Part shown: positions 28,962 through 38,105 of the stretch, in pieces
Layout: every line of letters begins with the position of its first letter
How positions within the stretch are numbered: position 1 is the first letter of the stretch
Assembly: GCA_964504365.1 (NCBI GenBank)
Contig: CAZDDW010000002.1
Location: forward strand, 53,246 to 117,245
Direction of reading: 5' to 3'
Source: an uncultured Gammaproteobacteria bacterium
GTDB lineage: Bacteria > Patescibacteriota > Patescibacteriia > UBA9934 > CAZDDW01
DNA: 64,000 bases
Notes under the pieces: model-generated
The model's database searches: none
What the model was told of the DNA's origin: nothing
The model's input: only the letters and a program-made list of their open reading frames with translations
Position numbers and translations under genes: made by a program

Positions 28962-29743
28962 AACTGAAACGTGCGCTAACGACCCTAATCGTTGCCATCG
29001 CTATTCTCATTTTCATTATTATCCTAGGAGGATTTACCAGCCGGGCGCTTGCCATAATTCAGCGGCCGTTTTTGCAACTCGGCACTTGGGTCAGCACGAC
29101 TACGGATTCGTTTCGCTCACAATCTAGCTTGATCGCTGAAAACCAAGACCTACAAGACAAACTTGAGGCTTTGGCTGTTTTTGCATCTGAGTTGGAAACA
29201 TTGCGCGATGAAAACAGTAACTTACGTCTGCAACTTGGGTATATCAAAGAAACCGAATTAGTTAGTGTAACTGCGGCTGTAACCACACGAGCCATCACCC
29301 CGGCTAGCGCACTGATCACAATAGATCGTGGATCTGATGATGGAGTTGCTGTTGGGAATGCTGTGATTGTAGAAGAAGGAATTGTTATTGGTAAAATTAC
29401 AGAGCTCAGACAAAAGTCAGCCACGGTACGTTTGCTTTCAGATCGTAATAGCACTGTTGCAACAGCAATTCAAAATTCAGATCGTACACTTGGTGTAGTC
29501 GAGGGTTCAGGTGGTAGCTTGCTTAACTTTGGCTATATTCCACAGAATGTCGAAGTATCAGTCAATGATTTAGTAATCACTTCTGGACTTGAAGAGACGG
29601 TTCCGAACGGCCTGGTCATTGGTATGATCAACAATATAACCAGCAATGAAACCGACCCCTTTCAAAACGCGGTCATCGAACCGTTGGTTGACTATCGCTA
29701 CTATACATTTGTAAGCGTGATCACTGGCACAACAGAATTATGA
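28958..29743 (+). CDS. mreC: Rod-shape determining protein MreC
   Basis: N-terminal TM helix, a coiled coil, and then a beta-rich domain (…GIVIGKI…SAIQNSD…GVVEG). The ATGA overlaps the mreB stop. Confidence 0.8.
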   Translation: MKLKRALTTLIVAIAILIFIIILGGFTSRALAIIQRPFLQLGTWVSTTTDSFRSQSSLIAENQDLQDKLEALAVFASELETLRDENSNLRLQLGYIKETELVSVTAAVTTRAITPASALITIDRGSDDGVAVGNAVIVEEGIVIGKITELRQKSATVRLLSDRNSTVATAIQNSDRTLGVVEGSGGSLLNFGYIPQNVEVSVNDLVITSGLEETVPNGLVIGMINNITSNETDPFQNAVIEPLVDYRYYTFVSVITGTTEL

Positions 29744-30186
29744 TCAAATCAATCGTAATTATTGCCACCCTGATAATCGCGATTATTATCGAGACAAGCT
29801 TTGTTTCCTCACTAACTGGCCCGCTTTGCTGCATCCCATTGATTCTAGCTTTGGCTGTTTATCTGATCCAGTATCGCGGATCTAAGCTGGGAATCTGGTG
29901 GCTGGCTGGTTACGGCCTATATCTTGACTACATGCAAATCGGTATCTGGCCAGTTGAAACACTAATCTGGCTAACAATCGGTATTCTGTCCTGGCTGCTC
30001 TCACAACGCCTGTTTACTAACCGCTCGCTTTACGGCATTCTTGGCTGTGGCCTTTTTGCATTCTTCTTGTCAAATATCCTGCACCTAACCTTCTTCTGGC
30101 CACAAACCGCTTGGGAACTGTTATTCTTGATCCTCTTGCTGTCCGTGCTCTCATACCTTAGCGATAAAATCAAAAAGATAATCTAA
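29740..30186 (+). CDS. mreD: Rod-shape determining protein MreD
   Basis: A 148-aa polytopic membrane protein directly after mreC. Confidence 0.7.
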   Translation: MIKSIVIIATLIIAIIIETSFVSSLTGPLCCIPLILALAVYLIQYRGSKLGIWWLAGYGLYLDYMQIGIWPVETLIWLTIGILSWLLSQRLFTNRSLYGILGCGLFAFFLSNILHLTFFWPQTAWELLFLILLLSVLSYLSDKIKKII

Positions 30187-32103
30187 ATGTTTTTTCGTAA
30201 AAACAACAACGAACCTAACCCTTTTGGAATCGAGACCAGTCAATTTAAAAACCTTCAGATGGAAAACCTGGAGGACAAATCAACGATTTCTCAGACAGTG
30301 CTTGACCAAGAGGTTGGTGGTAAATCCGGGGGCTTTCTTGGATTAACTATTTCTTTGCGCAGAATGAAACTTTGTTTAATCCTGACCCTTTTTGTGATTG
30401 GAATTTTATTTGCTAAAGCAGCACACTTACAAATTATCCAAGGAAGTCAGTACCGCTCGCTAGCAGAAGGAAACCGGATACGAATTGAATCCATACAAGC
30501 AGCTCGTGGTGTTGTTTACGATCGCAACCAGAATCTACTTATAGAAAACGTGCCCGCATTTACTGTTACTTTGACAGATGGAGATATCCCGGATAGCGAA
30601 CGAGAGCAAGTGCTAGATGACCTGGCTGATATCTTGAACATGCCTCGTGGTGAAATAGAAGCCTTGCTTGAGGAATATAAGGACGTGCCTTATGAACCAG
30701 TACCAATTGCTCGTGGTGTTGGCCATGAGCGGGCAATGGCGATTGCTTCTCAGCAACAAACCTTACCAGGTACAGATCTGACTTTATCGACTTTGCGATC
30801 CTATGCAACTGATGCTGCCCGATCTTTGTCACATGTTCTAGGTTTCTTGGGCAAGATTTCACCAGATGAAATCGATACGCTGTCTGCTGAGTACCGTCGT
30901 ACGGACGAGATTGGTAAGCAGGGAATCGAGGAAGCTTATGAAACAGAGCTGCGTGGGCAATCCGGACAAAAGGTTGTTGAAGTTGATGCCCGTGGATTTG
31001 AAGCAGCTATTATTACAGAAAAAGCTCCTGTTGATGGAACAAATATTACTTTATCGATCGATGCAGACCTTCAGTCTTTCATAGAAATGCGCTTGTTGGA
31101 AAATCAAGAAACCTCAGGAGACAACAAAGCAGCTGTGGTAGCACTGGATCCGAATAACGGGGAAGTGTTGGCTTTGGTTAGTCTGCCTACTTTTGACAGC
31201 AATGATTTCTCAGGTGGAATTGATAGTGCTGCTTACGGTTTGTTGATCAATGATGAAAGCCAACCTTTATTTCCGAGGGCAATCTCGGGCGAATATCCTT
31301 CTGGTTCAACCTTCAAGCCGATCGTTGCTGCCGCAGCTTTGTCCGAAGGCCTGATTAGTGAGTACACCAGCTTTTTATCCGAAGGCGGGATTGCGATTTC
31401 TTCTTGGTTTTTCCCGGACTGGAAAGCTGGTGGGCATGGCATGACTGATGTGCGCAAGGCAATAGCTGAATCTGTTAATACCTTCTTTTACATTATCGGT
31501 GGTGGTCTGGATGATTTTGTTGGACTGGGCGTAGCTAGGATCACTAAGTATGCCGCCTACTTTGGACTAGGATCACTAACCGGTATTGAGATAGCTGGCG
31601 AAGCTGAAGGATTTTTGCCGTCAAAAGAATGGAAAATGGAATACAAGAACGAGCGCTGGTATGTTGGTGATACATATCATTTAGCTATTGGGCAGGGTGA
31701 TATCTTAGTTACACCGCTTCAGATTGCTAGCATGACTTCTGTTTTTGCAAATGGTGGTATGTTGTATCAGCCGCATTTGTTGCACGATGCTGAATCAGAA
31801 GGATCTAACGTAAACGAGAAGGTCGGTGCCGACTCAATCCGAATCGTCAGCGAGGGAATGCGACAAGCTGTTACTGAAGGATCGGCTCGCTATCTGCTAA
31901 CTGTGACTGAACCAGTGGCTGGCAAAACCGGAACCGCACAAACCGGAGGTGACAAAGATTATCACGCCTGGTTCACTGGCTTTGGCCCATACGAAGACCC
32001 AGAAATAGTTTTAACAATTCTAGTTGAGGAAGGCGGCGGCGGCTCAGAGGTCTCTGTACCAATCGCCCGAGATATATTCAACTGGTGGTTTGCTAATCGA
32101 TAG
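30187..32103 (+). CDS. mrdA: Penicillin-binding protein 2 (elongasome transpeptidase)
   Basis: All three active-site motifs are present: SxxK (SGSTFKP), SxN (ESVNTFF) and KTG (KTGTAQ). An N-terminal TM helix is present. It is in the mreBCD operon. Confidence 0.9.
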   Translation: MFFRKNNNEPNPFGIETSQFKNLQMENLEDKSTISQTVLDQEVGGKSGGFLGLTISLRRMKLCLILTLFVIGILFAKAAHLQIIQGSQYRSLAEGNRIRIESIQAARGVVYDRNQNLLIENVPAFTVTLTDGDIPDSEREQVLDDLADILNMPRGEIEALLEEYKDVPYEPVPIARGVGHERAMAIASQQQTLPGTDLTLSTLRSYATDAARSLSHVLGFLGKISPDEIDTLSAEYRRTDEIGKQGIEEAYETELRGQSGQKVVEVDARGFEAAIITEKAPVDGTNITLSIDADLQSFIEMRLLENQETSGDNKAAVVALDPNNGEVLALVSLPTFDSNDFSGGIDSAAYGLLINDESQPLFPRAISGEYPSGSTFKPIVAAAALSEGLISEYTSFLSEGGIAISSWFFPDWKAGGHGMTDVRKAIAESVNTFFYIIGGGLDDFVGLGVARITKYAAYFGLGSLTGIEIAGEAEGFLPSKEWKMEYKNERWYVGDTYHLAIGQGDILVTPLQIASMTSVFANGGMLYQPHLLHDAESEGSNVNEKVGADSIRIVSEGMRQAVTEGSARYLLTVTEPVAGKTGTAQTGGDKDYHAWFTGFGPYEDPEIVLTILVEEGGGGSEVSVPIARDIFNWWFANR

Positions 32104-32166
32104 CTTGACTTTTAAACTAAGGATTGGTAGTTTTTAACTACCGTACACTCAAACTGGGGGTTTGAA

Positions 32167-32754
32167 ATGACAGGGCAGAGAAGCCTTACTGACATGATTC
32201 GTGAAGACCTGGTGTGGGAACCGAGCGAGGATGAGTTGACCGAACTGATGGCCAACAGCGAACCGATCCGGATTGATCCCGTACGTCAGGCGGCTTTCGC
32301 ACAAAAGATGCGGCAGCGCTGCGAGCTTGCTCGTCAAGACCAACCACTACTCCAGCGAGCACGCCGGCTGTTGACCGAGTATCTGGACGATCTGACCCGC
32401 CCATTCGCGGAAATGACCTTTGTTAACTTCCTCGAGCTGCTCAGGCGCGATCTGGGGATAGATGACGAGCGTCTGGCTCGAGTGTTCCTTGCCAGCCCTG
32501 CACTGTTCGCAGAACTCAAGGAGCCGTACGTCTACGACATCCACGGCCTGGCCAACCTGCTCGGAGGTCTAGGCATGGATCCATGTGACTTCGAAACCTC
32601 GATGCGCATCCCGGATCGTATCGAGCACTGGGACCTGGCTCCACTGACCTGGATCACGAACCCGGAACCTCCGACCACATATCTCAACCGGCCGCACTGG
32701 CTGTATCAGCTCGAAGAGGTACTGCACCGTCGGCAGATGGAGCTTGCCTCATGA
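32167..32754 (+). CDS. Hypothetical 195-aa protein (islet 3)
   Basis: High-GC ORF with a GGGGG SD. Confidence 0.5.
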   Translation: MTGQRSLTDMIREDLVWEPSEDELTELMANSEPIRIDPVRQAAFAQKMRQRCELARQDQPLLQRARRLLTEYLDDLTRPFAEMTFVNFLELLRRDLGIDDERLARVFLASPALFAELKEPYVYDIHGLANLLGGLGMDPCDFETSMRIPDRIEHWDLAPLTWITNPEPPTTYLNRPHWLYQLEEVLHRRQMELAS

Positions 32755-32939
32755 CCAGGGGTGCACGACGACGTCCCACCCCAGACGAACTCGAAGAGCG
32801 CGAACGAACTGCTCGCGGCATCGAACGCTTTGTGGAACAGCTGCCACCTGGCAGAGCTCGTGACACGATTGCCAAGCTGGCTGATATCGCTCGCAGCAAG
32901 AACCGTCGCGCCTTGCATCCGCACAGCTGCTCTCACTGA
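32751..32939 (+). CDS. Hypothetical 62-aa Arg-rich protein, translationally coupled to the preceding gene (ATGA overlap)
   Basis: The start overlaps the stop of 32167-32754. A CCCCACAcctGTGGGG+CTTTTTCTTTT terminator follows at ~32943-32972. Confidence 0.4.
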   Translation: MTRGARRRPTPDELEERERTARGIERFVEQLPPGRARDTIAKLADIARSKNRRALHPHSCSH

Positions 32940-33018
32940 CACCCCACACCTGTGGGGCTTTTTCTTTTCACAAATTTATGCTAAGCTCAGCGTGCTGTTT
33001 TACAAAAGGGAGGACGCA

Positions 33019-33402
33019 ATGTTCGATTGGAAACAGGCAGAAAAAGTAGCCAAACGTCTGGAGCAAGAACCAGAGCACACCGAAAGCCTGACTTGGATGA
33101 CAAAATTCATTGCCGGTAGCACGGTAATGGAATGGCTCATCTGTGTCATGATGATGACCACACTCAGTTTTGGTGTCGCGAACATTGGTCAAACAGTTGG
33201 CCTCAACGAGCATATCAGTCTTGTACTGGTCTTCCTGATCGGACTGACCTGTCTGTACTGCTGGGGCTCTGTGGCCTTTAGTAAGTTCACTCTGGTCTTT
33301 TTCGATCTCAAGCGCTGGCGCTGGTCGTCTTCGTTCTTTCCCTTGGCTGCATACTGCCTGATCTTCGGTATTTTCATGTCTCTTAGAGAATCATCTGGAT
33401 AG
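33019..33402 (+). CDS. Hypothetical membrane protein (3-4 TM helices), islet 3
   Basis: AAGGGAGG SD 5 nt before ATG. An ATGCTAAGCT-type promoter lies upstream. Confidence 0.5.
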   Translation: MFDWKQAEKVAKRLEQEPEHTESLTWMTKFIAGSTVMEWLICVMMMTTLSFGVANIGQTVGLNEHISLVLVFLIGLTCLYCWGSVAFSKFTLVFFDLKRWRWSSSFFPLAAYCLIFGIFMSLRESSG

Positions 33403-33417
33403 CAGGAGATCTTCCAA

Positions 33418-33633
33418 ATGGAACTAACACCGACGCAAATCGTCTGTGGACTGATGCTTGTTGGGATTTTACTGTTCTGTGCTATCATCTGGCCTCGAGT
33501 CTGGGGCATCCGATCCAACGGAAAAACAACCGAACCAGAACTCCGTGTCGCTTCTCTTCATGATGATGAGCCTTCGGAAGAAGTGCTACGTGATCTCATG
33601 GAACGTCATGCTGATGACTTCAGGCAGCCCTGA
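33418..33633 (+). CDS. Hypothetical 71-aa single-TM protein (islet 3)
   Basis: AGGAG SD. A CCCCACaccactcGTGGGG+ATTTTATTTTCTG terminator lies at ~33640-33668. Confidence 0.45.
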   Translation: MELTPTQIVCGLMLVGILLFCAIIWPRVWGIRSNGKTTEPELRVASLHDDEPSEEVLRDLMERHADDFRQP

Positions 33634-33752
33634 CCCCCCACACCACTCGTGGGGATTTTATTTTCTGTGGATAACCTCTTGCGTGCAAAAAAGACAAATG
33701 TTATGATTTACGTACTCGTGATCCACAGGTCACGGGTTCTGATTTAAAACTA

Positions 33753-34217
33753 GTGCAGAATATGCCAACTTATTTATCACAAGCAAAGCTCGATGAGCTT
33801 AAAGAAGAGGTGGCTCATAGGCAGGGGCAAGGGCGCAAAGATATTGCCGGCAAGATTGAGCAAGCTAAAGAACTCGGAGATTTATCCGAGAATTTTGAAT
33901 ATCATGCTGCTAAAGAGGAACAGGCGCAAAATGAAACCAGGATCATGGAGCTTAAAGCAATGATCATCGACGCAGCCATTGTTGAAGAAAAAACAGGTGG
34001 TGACAACATTAGCTTGGGTACAAAATTTGTGGTTGATATTGGTGGGGAAGAAAAGACTTATGAAATGGTTGGTTCAACTGAAGCTGATCCAATTAGTGGT
34101 AAAATTAGCAACGAATCAGTTGTTGGAAATGCTTTGGTTGGCAAGGAAGTTGGTGAAGAAGTTGAGGTTGAGCTGCCTTCGGGTAAGTCAATTTACCGTG
34201 TCGTGAAGATCTTGTAG
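33753..34217 (+). CDS. greA: Transcription elongation factor GreA
   Basis: GDLSENFEYHAAKEEQA signature and ~154-aa length. Confidence 0.88.
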   Translation: MQNMPTYLSQAKLDELKEEVAHRQGQGRKDIAGKIEQAKELGDLSENFEYHAAKEEQAQNETRIMELKAMIIDAAIVEEKTGGDNISLGTKFVVDIGGEEKTYEMVGSTEADPISGKISNESVVGNALVGKEVGEEVEVELPSGKSIYRVVKIL

Positions 34218-34331
34218 AAAAAGACCAAAGGTTAAAAGAGTAAAGCCTAAAGCACGACGCAACATCAAGCGGCGTGTTTTTGACAATAAGCTAAAATACA
34301 AGTAAAATAAGCGTGTTTATAACTACAATTT

Positions 34332-36413
34332 ATGATTGAAGAAGAAGCTTATCGACGAGCCCGGCTAGACAAGACCCGTGAGCTCGGAGTTGACCCATAT
34401 CCAATTCAAGCTACTCGAACCCATACCATTGACCGGGTGCTTGATCTTTTTGATAACCTCCTCAAAGCCAAGGAGGTTTTAACTATTGTTGGCCGAATCC
34501 GTGGTTTGCGTAAGCACGGTGGCCTGACCTTTTTGCAGGTTGAAGACGCTCACGGCAAAATGCAGGTAGCCTTGAAAAAGGACGAAATAGGTTCTGAATT
34601 ATACGAACAATTTCAAGAAGTCTTTGATGTTGGTGACTTTATCCAATGCGAAGGAACTTTATTTCGGACCAAAACTGATGAGCAGACCCTGATGACCACC
34701 AAGTACCGCATGCTAACCAAAGCCTTGCTCCCGCTTCCGGAAAAATGGCATGGGTTGTCTGATACTGAAATTCGTTATCGCAAACGTTATCTTGATTTGA
34801 TTGCTAACCCGTCTGTTCGCCATAATTTTGTTTTGCGCAGCAAAATGATTCAGCTACTTCGCGAATTCATGCACGAGCGAAAATTCATGGAGGTTGAAAC
34901 TCCTATACTGCAGCATCTTCCGGGCGGAGCACTGGCAAAGCCGTTTAAAACTCACCACAATGCACTTGATGCTGATCTTTACTTGCGCGTTGCGCCTGAG
35001 TTATATCTCAAACGTTTGATAGTTGGGGGTTACGAACGAGTTTTTGAAATCGCCCGCTGTTTCCGCAATGAAGGAATCGACAACGAGCACAACCCTGAAT
35101 TTACTCAGATCGAATTCTACTGGGCTTATGCAGACTACAATGACATAATGTCTTTTATGGAAGAGCTGATTCCATATCTACTTGAAGGCATGGGCCTTGA
35201 TCTTAAAGTTAAGGTCGGTGATCAAACTGCTGATTTTACCCCACCATATCCAAGAGTGACCATGCGCGAGCTGATCAAGAAGTATGCCAAGCTGGATATC
35301 GAAAAGTATCAAGACACTGAAAAGCTTTACAAAAAGGCGGTCAAGATGGGAGTCGAGGATATAAAGCCTACAGATGGACGTGGAAAGTTAATCGATGAAA
35401 TTTATAAAACTTTTGCTCGACCAAAAATTATGGATCCAATCTTTATGATTGATCATCCGGTTGAGCTATCTCCACTAACCAAACGTAAGCCAGATGATCC
35501 TCGATATGTTGAACGAATGCAGATTGTTTGCGCTGGTGGAAATGAACTGTGTAATGCGTTTACAGAGCTTAACGATCCAATCGATCAAGAAGAGCGGTTC
35601 CAGGAGCAAGAAGAGTTGCGTGTTGCTGGAGATGAAGAGGCCCAGCGCTTTGACCAAGATTTTATTGACGCGCTCAAGCACGGCATGCCACCAACTGGTG
35701 GTATTGGAATCGGTCTTGATCGGTTGTTTAAAACTTTAGTCGGTGCACCAAATCTTAAGGAAGTAATTTTGTTCCCAACACTACGCCCAGAAAAACCAGC
35801 CAATGACTCGTCAACACTAAAAGACGAGGATGATTTTGAGGAAATCACCGGTAAGATCCCTGATCGCAAAGATGCGCTAAAACTACTTAAAAAACACATC
35901 AAAGAAGACAACTTGGTTAAGCATCACTTAGCAGCAGAAATGGTTATGCAAGCATTTGCTAAGCACTTCAAAAAGAACAAGGGTCTTTGGGGTATTACTG
36001 GTCTGCTCCACGATATCGACTGGAATGAGACAAAGGACCGAGCCGAAGAGCACGGTCTAATAAGTGCTGAGATCTTAGAGAAAGAGGGAATTGACTGCCG
36101 CATCGTTTATGCGATTAAAGCTCACAACGAAGAGCATGGGCTGCCAATGAATCTATTGCTTGATCGCGTCTTATTCTGTGTTGAAGAGCTAACTGGTTTG
36201 ATTACTGCGACAGCACTGGTTCAGAAAGACAAGAAGCTGGCTTCGGTCAGTGTTGCCTCGGTTCAGAAAAAGTTCAAGAAAAAAGAGTTTGCCAAGAACG
36301 TTGATCGAAAGATCATCTCGCGCTGTGAAGAGCTAATTGATCTACCGCTTGAGAAAGTGATTGAAATCTCACTCAAAGCAATGCAAAAGGGGGCCAAGGA
36401 TCTTGGCTTATGA
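34332..36413 (+). CDS. lysS: Lysyl-tRNA synthetase (class II) fused to a C-terminal HD-domain phosphohydrolase
   Basis: An N-terminal OB-fold plus the class II core (…FRNEGID…; GGIGIGLDRL motif 3) occupy ~500 aa. An extra ~190-aa C-terminal extension carries H…HD…D residues (KHHLAAEMV…LLHDIDW…). Confidence 0.85.
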   Translation: MIEEEAYRRARLDKTRELGVDPYPIQATRTHTIDRVLDLFDNLLKAKEVLTIVGRIRGLRKHGGLTFLQVEDAHGKMQVALKKDEIGSELYEQFQEVFDVGDFIQCEGTLFRTKTDEQTLMTTKYRMLTKALLPLPEKWHGLSDTEIRYRKRYLDLIANPSVRHNFVLRSKMIQLLREFMHERKFMEVETPILQHLPGGALAKPFKTHHNALDADLYLRVAPELYLKRLIVGGYERVFEIARCFRNEGIDNEHNPEFTQIEFYWAYADYNDIMSFMEELIPYLLEGMGLDLKVKVGDQTADFTPPYPRVTMRELIKKYAKLDIEKYQDTEKLYKKAVKMGVEDIKPTDGRGKLIDEIYKTFARPKIMDPIFMIDHPVELSPLTKRKPDDPRYVERMQIVCAGGNELCNAFTELNDPIDQEERFQEQEELRVAGDEEAQRFDQDFIDALKHGMPPTGGIGIGLDRLFKTLVGAPNLKEVILFPTLRPEKPANDSSTLKDEDDFEEITGKIPDRKDALKLLKKHIKEDNLVKHHLAAEMVMQAFAKHFKKNKGLWGITGLLHDIDWNETKDRAEEHGLISAEILEKEGIDCRIVYAIKAHNEEHGLPMNLLLDRVLFCVEELTGLITATALVQKDKKLASVSVASVQKKFKKKEFAKNVDRKIISRCEELIDLPLEKVIEISLKAMQKGAKDLGL

Positions 36414-36832
36414 AAATAGTAATGGTTTTTGGGACTTTTGATGGGATTCATCCTGGGCATGATTCGTTCTTGTCGCAGGCACGTGAACTAGGGGACCGGT
36501 TAGTTGTATCAGTCGCTTCTGACCAGTTTGTTCGAGAGCTAAAGAAACAAGAGCCGCTGCATGGTGAGCAAGATCGATTGCAAGCGATTCGGTCGAACGA
36601 GTTGGTTGACGATGCAATCGTCGGTGACCAAGTTATCGGAAACTTTGAAAGCGTGCAAAAGATTCAGCCAGATATTATCGCGCTTGGATATGACCAAGAA
36701 CAGTTGGCAGAAAAGCTTTCTGAGTGGATCACTGATACCGGATCAAAGATCAAAGTCATGACATTAAAACCACACAAACCTGAAAAATATAAATCTTCGA
36801 AATTGAGATATGTTGGACATACAAATAATTAG
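36410..36832 (+). CDS. HxGH-family nucleotidyltransferase (cytidylyl/adenylyltransferase-like)
   Basis: N-terminus VFGTFDGIHPGH (the (T/H)xGH motif). Length is 140 aa. Confidence 0.6.
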   Translation: MKIVMVFGTFDGIHPGHDSFLSQARELGDRLVVSVASDQFVRELKKQEPLHGEQDRLQAIRSNELVDDAIVGDQVIGNFESVQKIQPDIIALGYDQEQLAEKLSEWITDTGSKIKVMTLKPHKPEKYKSSKLRYVGHTNN

Positions 36833-38105
36833 AGATGACCCGAAGCTGGTCAAGAAAGTGGCCAAGGACAAGAACGTCGAGGTTGATATCGACAAGATTC
36901 TTGAATTGGATAAAAAGCGGAAAGACCTGCTTCAGAAAACTGAGAAATTAAACGCAGCCAAAAAGGAAACAGCCGCGAAAATGAAAGGTGCTTCAGACGC
37001 TGATAAAAAGAAGATTGCTTCAGAGGGAAAAAAGATTAAAGACGACTTGTCTAAGATCGAACCTGAATTACGTAAGGTTGCTGATGAGTTAGATCAGCTG
37101 ATGCTAGCCACACCAAACATTCCTTCAAACGACACACCGATTGGTGCTGATGAATCTGGGAATGTTGAAGTGAGTAAATGGGGAGAGCCAGCCAAGTTTG
37201 ATTTTGAGGCTAAAGATCATGTTGAACTGGCTGCTGATTTGAATCTACTTGATACTGAGAGAGGTGTAAAAGTTGCTGGGTTTAGAGGATATTTCCTTAA
37301 AAATGAGTTAATGATGATGCATATGGGGCTAATGATGTTGGCCTTGGGTCGATTGCGTGACAAAGGTTTTGAAGTCATGTCAGCACCAACCATAATCCGC
37401 GACATGGCCCTGGTCGGGTCTGGTCATTTTCCTGGTGAATCAGACGAGATCTTTGAAGTGCAAGATCATGCTGGGGAAGGGAAGAAAGAGACAAAATATC
37501 TTGCCGGAACCTCAGAACCGTCATTGTTGGCCTATCATGCAGACGAAATTCTTAACGAGGCTGATCTTCCAGTGAAGTCAGGTGGCTTTTCTTCATGCTA
37601 TCGCCGTGAAGTTGGTGGATACGGAAAAGACACGCGTGGAATTTATCGTGTACATGAGTTTTTGAAAGTTGAGCAGGTGATAATGTGTAAAAATGACGTT
37701 GAAGAAGGTTTGAAGTGGCTTGAGGAAATTCGTGAGAACTCTGAGCAATTACTTCAGGATTTAGAACTTCCATATCGCGTTATTCAAATGTGTACCGGTG
37801 ACATGGGTCAAGGCAAGTACAAGATGTACGACATAGAAACCTGGATGCCATCACGTAACGAGTATGGTGAAACACACTCTGCTTCTTACTTAACTGACTG
37901 GCAAGCACGTCGTGCTGGGATTCGCTATCGCACCAAAGACGGTGAGATCAAGTTCTGTCACACACTGAACAACACATTAGTCGCATCTCCACGAATCCTT
38001 ATCGCAATCTTGGAAAACAACCAGCAAAAAGACGGCTCAATCAAGATTCCAAAGATCTTGCAGCCGTACATGGGTAAACAGAAAGTGATCAAACCGGTTG
38101 CATGA
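36810..38105 (+). CDS. serS: Seryl-tRNA synthetase
   Basis: An N-terminal coiled-coil arm plus a class II core (…CYRREVG…, GDMGQGKY…). Length is 431 aa. Confidence 0.88.
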   Translation: MLDIQIIRDDPKLVKKVAKDKNVEVDIDKILELDKKRKDLLQKTEKLNAAKKETAAKMKGASDADKKKIASEGKKIKDDLSKIEPELRKVADELDQLMLATPNIPSNDTPIGADESGNVEVSKWGEPAKFDFEAKDHVELAADLNLLDTERGVKVAGFRGYFLKNELMMMHMGLMMLALGRLRDKGFEVMSAPTIIRDMALVGSGHFPGESDEIFEVQDHAGEGKKETKYLAGTSEPSLLAYHADEILNEADLPVKSGGFSSCYRREVGGYGKDTRGIYRVHEFLKVEQVIMCKNDVEEGLKWLEEIRENSEQLLQDLELPYRVIQMCTGDMGQGKYKMYDIETWMPSRNEYGETHSASYLTDWQARRAGIRYRTKDGEIKFCHTLNNTLVASPRILIAILENNQQKDGSIKIPKILQPYMGKQKVIKPVA

